Origin: Bacilli bacterium | GTDB taxonomy: Bacteria > Bacillota_I > Bacilli_A > RF39 > UBA660 | NCBI GenBank assembly: GCA_017398945.1 | Contig: JAFQES010000014.1 | Coordinates: forward strand, 2,394-66,393 | Direction: 5' to 3' | Length of the DNA stretch: 64,000 bases | Shown here: positions 60,188 to 64,000 of the stretch, in pieces | Layout: every line of letters starts with the position of its first letter | How positions within the stretch are numbered: the stretch's first letter is position 1 | Notes under the pieces: model-generated | What the model was told of the DNA's origin: nothing | The model's input: the letters and a program-made list of their open reading frames with translations, nothing else | The model's database searches: none | Program-made: the position numbers and the translations under genes

Positions 60188-61006
60188 ATGGAAAAACTAT
60201 ATAATGAAATTTATAAGGTTGTTTGGGATTATGAAAACCAAAGTAAAGAAATTGATATACACTTTGTTGAAAAAATTAAGGAGATTTATGTAACATATAA
60301 TTCTTTAAGTAACTATGTAAAAAGAATTTTTTTTGGACATATTGATGGAAAAATTGTAGCGAAATATAATTCTCTTAATTCATCAATAACAGTAGATATT
60401 GAACGTTGGTATAGTTACTATAACAATATAGTTAAGCTATATAATATTAATGAACCTTTTTATAAATATTTATTGTTTGTACGTATAATAGTTCACGAAT
60501 TAGAACACGCAAATCAACGTAATACAGCTTGGCATAAAGAAGGAATTGAATCTGATATTATTTTTAATACAGATTATTTATATTATGTGTTTTCTGATAA
60601 AATAAAAGATGAAGATATAAAACAAGCATTTATTCGTCAAAAGCAAGTTTATTTTAAATATTATAATTATTGTCCAGTGGAAAGATTAGCAGAATATAGT
60701 TCTAATTTGTTATGTGAAAAATGTGCTAATATTTATGCAAATGAAACTGGAAATCATATTCAAAAAATAGAAGATTATTTTGGTTTTAAACGATTAAGTG
60801 TGTTAGCTGATGCTTATTTAAAAATGGATTTTCCAACAAAGTTTTATATGGAACAGTTAGGAACAGGTGATTGTTATCCAATGATTGAGTCGCAAGCAGA
60901 AAAACTATCTTTAGTGGATAAGGCTCGATATGGTTTTCCTTTATGTGATGAAGAAAAAAATTATTTAGTAGAACAAAAAGAAATAATAAGAGCAAGATTG
61001 CAATAA
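60188..61006 (+). CDS. Hypothetical HEXXH zincin-like protein
   Basis: IVHELEHANQ...YNYCPVERLA; TTGACA-N17-TATAAT promoter upstream. Confidence 0.6.
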   Translation: MEKLYNEIYKVVWDYENQSKEIDIHFVEKIKEIYVTYNSLSNYVKRIFFGHIDGKIVAKYNSLNSSITVDIERWYSYYNNIVKLYNINEPFYKYLLFVRIIVHELEHANQRNTAWHKEGIESDIIFNTDYLYYVFSDKIKDEDIKQAFIRQKQVYFKYYNYCPVERLAEYSSNLLCEKCANIYANETGNHIQKIEDYFGFKRLSVLADAYLKMDFPTKFYMEQLGTGDCYPMIESQAEKLSLVDKARYGFPLCDEEKNYLVEQKEIIRARLQ

Positions 61007-61048
61007 ATTAAATGTTTTGTTATAATAGTTTGTTGAGGAGAAGATGTT

Positions 61049-61654
61049 ATGAAGAATGTTTTAAAAGGATTGTTAGTAACTTTAATTTCTTTTGTGTTAA
61101 TAAATGCAAATGTTAATGCGATTGAAAAACCAGAGGTTACTGATCATGAAAAAATCAATGTTTATATATTTAGAGGAAATGGCTGTGGACACTGTCATAA
61201 TGCAGTTACTTATTTTTATGGCTTAGGTGATGAATTTAAAGATTATTTCAATGTTGTTTTGTATGAAGTTTGGTATAATGAAGCTAATGCTTCACTTGGA
61301 AAAGCCGTAGCAACTGAATTAGGTAAAACATTTAGTGGAGTACCTTTCATTGTTGTAGGTGATACAAGTTTTGGTGGCTTTGGAGAAGGAACTGGTTTAG
61401 AAATTATTGAGGAAGCATTAGAGTCTTATCAAGATGATAAGTATAAAGATATTGTAGCTAAAGTTCAAAAAAGTAAAAAATTTGATATAAAGGAAGAAAC
61501 CATTGAAGAAGCTGCTTACAATGAAGGAATTACTGATGTAGAACCAACTATTATTGAAGAGGAAAGTTCAAATGATACAGTGGTTGTAATTGTAATATTT
61601 TTAGTATTTATTGGCGGTTTTGGTGCTTTAATTTATTCATCAAGAAAAAAATAG
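61049..61654 (+). CDS. Exported glutaredoxin/thioredoxin-fold protein with C-terminal TM anchor
   Basis: Signal peptide ..VNA, CGHC, GVPFIVVG, C-terminal TM plus RKK. Confidence 0.75.
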   Translation: MKNVLKGLLVTLISFVLINANVNAIEKPEVTDHEKINVYIFRGNGCGHCHNAVTYFYGLGDEFKDYFNVVLYEVWYNEANASLGKAVATELGKTFSGVPFIVVGDTSFGGFGEGTGLEIIEEALESYQDDKYKDIVAKVQKSKKFDIKEETIEEAAYNEGITDVEPTIIEEESSNDTVVVIVIFLVFIGGFGALIYSSRKK

Positions 61655-61729
61655 GAAGAAATTCCTTTTTTTTAATTGGTAAAATAAATATATTATGTTA
61701 TAATCATCTTAAGAATAAGAGGGTGTATT

Positions 61730-63409
61730 ATGACATTAGAAGAAGCATATAGTGTTGGAAAAAAATATGGCTTTACATTTAATGGTATTGGGCCTTCTTT
61801 TAGTTTAATTAATAATAAGGTTGGAATATGTTTAAATCTTTTAGATCAAAAGTATGGGTATTTAAAAAGAAATTTTAGTTTTGAGAATCTTAATGAATTA
61901 GATGATTTTTTAAAAAAGTATAGCTTTTATTTAAGAAATAAAGATAAAGATAATATATATCTTTTACTAGATAATTATGAAATAGAAAACCCTATTATTC
62001 ATTATAGTTTTGATATTATTAGAAAGAGTAAAGAACAAGTTGAAAATTATAATAAAAATGTGCTTTTAGCTGACATAAAACAGTTTTTAAACAGTTTTTA
62101 CTTAGAGTTTGATAAAGTAATAAATAATGTTAAGGAAAAACTTTTAATAGAGCAAGATTACTATACAAAATTTAATTATTATAAGAAGTTATTATATAGA
62201 TCTTACAATCAAGAAATAAATGATAATATTATTAAAGTTGATGATACTATTAAGGCTAAAATTGCTAAAATATTTGAGACTTTTAAAAAAGAACAATTGT
62301 TATTTCTTAACGCTTTTGCTTCTGAAGATAAAAGCATTGAAGAAGTTGAAAATTGGTATAAACAATTAATTTTTAGATGTCAGGAAGTTTTAATTGAAGA
62401 AGAAATTATTAAAGTTTTTTATGAAAAAAGAAAGTTTGAGGAAAATACTGATACCTTAAATAAGATGATAGACTATCTTCTTAATAATTCTGAAACAACT
62501 GAAATTGCTCAAAAAAAATTACAACAAATTAAAGATTCAGCTATTTTAGTAGAATCATATGATACATTTGTTAATGATTATAAAAGTAAAATAAAAGAAA
62601 AATACTTAACTTTAGATTTGAATGATGTATTAAGTTATAATCCATCGATATATGGAACTAAAAGAATAGAGTACAAAGTCTACCATGAAGAAAAAATTAT
62701 TAATAATGATATAACTGAAATTAAACCTTTATATTATGCTTTGTCTGAAGAAAGTAAAATTGCTCTGACGCTTTTATATTCGCCGTTAAAGCCTATTTTA
62801 AATTATATAATTGAGCAAGCTTATCGAAAAAATACATCCTTTAATTTTAACACTCGTGAATTTAAAAATATATATCAAAAATTAATAAAATGTTTAGATA
62901 ATAGTGAAAATTTGGTGGTTAAGTTAAAATATTTTAAACCAGTTATGTTGGAAAACTATGATTTGTTTATAAAATCATTGGTTAAGATTGCTAAAATAAT
63001 TTGTTCTAGCTATTTAAAGTTACCTTTTGATTTAAAATTATATTCTTTAAATTTTGATGATTGCTTTATTACTGGTAGTGATAGAGTTATTCAAAATGGT
63101 GATAGTGTTGTTAAGATAGTTGATGCAAAAGCAAATAGTTTTATAATTTATAGTCCTGTAAAGATAAATCTTAATTCTAAAAATAATTTGTTTGAATTAG
63201 AGAATAATAATAATGTTATTTATTTTCCTAATTTTAACAATAAATGTATTGATAGTGATATTGTTACAAATGTGGCCATTTTTGAAGAAGGTTATAATGT
63301 TATTAATGTAGCTGGTGATAATCTGTTAGTTGTTACTAATTTTAGTTTACAAAATAAACTATTATTTATAGATACAGTAATGTCAGGAATATCAAAAGAT
63401 GAAAAATAA
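61730..63409 (+). CDS. Hypothetical protein (coiled-coil-rich)
   Basis: 559-aa ORF with RBS; no recognised motif. Confidence 0.6.
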   Translation: MTLEEAYSVGKKYGFTFNGIGPSFSLINNKVGICLNLLDQKYGYLKRNFSFENLNELDDFLKKYSFYLRNKDKDNIYLLLDNYEIENPIIHYSFDIIRKSKEQVENYNKNVLLADIKQFLNSFYLEFDKVINNVKEKLLIEQDYYTKFNYYKKLLYRSYNQEINDNIIKVDDTIKAKIAKIFETFKKEQLLFLNAFASEDKSIEEVENWYKQLIFRCQEVLIEEEIIKVFYEKRKFEENTDTLNKMIDYLLNNSETTEIAQKKLQQIKDSAILVESYDTFVNDYKSKIKEKYLTLDLNDVLSYNPSIYGTKRIEYKVYHEEKIINNDITEIKPLYYALSEESKIALTLLYSPLKPILNYIIEQAYRKNTSFNFNTREFKNIYQKLIKCLDNSENLVVKLKYFKPVMLENYDLFIKSLVKIAKIICSSYLKLPFDLKLYSLNFDDCFITGSDRVIQNGDSVVKIVDAKANSFIIYSPVKINLNSKNNLFELENNNNVIYFPNFNNKCIDSDIVTNVAIFEEGYNVINVAGDNLLVVTNFSLQNKLLFIDTVMSGISKDEK

Positions 63410-63665
63410 ATGTATAAATTTTTTAAAAGACTTTAATAAGTCTTCTTTTAATTATAAGTTGTTCTTTATTATTAAGAGTTTAATATTTCTGTTTTTTTTA
63501 TTTCTATTAAAAGTTCCTGTGATTTTGATTAGAGAATTAGCTTTGGATTTAATTTTAGAGATATTTAAATTAAATATAGTTATAAAAATTTTCTATTGGT
63601 TATTTGAGGTATTATATTATCTTATAATATTAGTAGCGATAAAAAAATTAATATCAGAAGAATGA
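63399..63665 (+). CDS. Small hypothetical membrane protein
   Basis: Hydrophobic 88 aa, overlaps the upstream stop. Confidence 0.5.
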   Translation: MKNKCINFLKDFNKSSFNYKLFFIIKSLIFLFFLFLLKVPVILIRELALDLILEIFKLNIVIKIFYWLFEVLYYLIILVAIKKLISEE

Positions 63666-63736
63666 AACATTAATTTAGACTTGATAAAAGTGCTGTTTTG
63701 GTGTATTCTTTTTTGTATGTCAAGGAAGTGGTTTTT

Positions 63737-64000
63737 GTGGAAAAAATTATTAATATTGCAGTTGTTGCACACGTTGATGCAGGTAAAAGTACTTTAGTAG
63801 ATGCTTTATTAGAACAAAATGGAGTTTTTGATTCACATCAAGAATTAGTTGCTTGTGTAATGGATAGCAATGATATAGAAAGAGAAAGAGGAATAACAAT
63901 ATATTCTAAAAACTGTGCTATTAGATATAAAGATTATAAAATTAATATTGTTGATACTCCAGGCCATGCTGATTTTTCCTCTGAAGTTGAAAGAGTTATC
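63737..64000 (+). CDS. typA: Translational GTPase TypA/BipA (5' part)
   Basis: GTG start; [43 protein letters not shown]. Confidence 0.92.
   Translation, partial: MEKIINIAVVAHVDAGKSTLVDALLEQNGVFDSHQELVACVMDSNDIERERGITIYSKNCAIRYKDYKINIVDTPGHADFSSEVERVI

Noticed and set aside
3147-60995. Many short antisense or out-of-frame ORFs in the track (e.g. 3147, 8763, 10454, 15749, 30207, 44199, 49495, 58115, 60786)
   Set aside because: Embedded in well-supported genes, with no recognisable motifs

Overview
A very AT-rich chromosomal window from a genome-reduced Bacilli/Firmicute. Genetic code 11 applies: TGA is used as stop and prfB is present. The gene content resembles uncultured gut lineages such as RF39, but this assignment is inference. 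Nearly all genes are on the + strand. The backbone follows a collapsed Bacillus-type order: rpmE-rpiB-ywzB-spoIID-spoIIQ-spoIIID-(mbl-like remnant)...csp-hpf-secA...prfB-tilS-ftsH...soj-spo0J-yyzM-ychF-rpsF-ssb-rpsR-rplI-dnaB-M23-walJ-rlmH-ung...typA. Sporulation genes are kept, while murAA, walRKHI/htrA and gdpP are missing from their usual positions. Accessory content: a complete agr quorum-sensing locus with an unannotated AgrD (predicted ring CMFAF), and about 22.7 kb between secA and prfB. That block holds repeat-flanked cassette-like genes, pseudogenes, a MoxR-VWA operon, a surface protease/pseudoprotease operon, and an ABC exporter with a leader-peptide attenuator. There is also an FtsH with a C-terminal Rho_N-like domain and an orphan three-gene WXG100 (type VII secretion substrate-like) operon, one product of which begins with an L27/phage-capsid-type Prp-cleavage-like leader. 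No rRNA, tRNA, CRISPR array, integrase or transposase was recognised.
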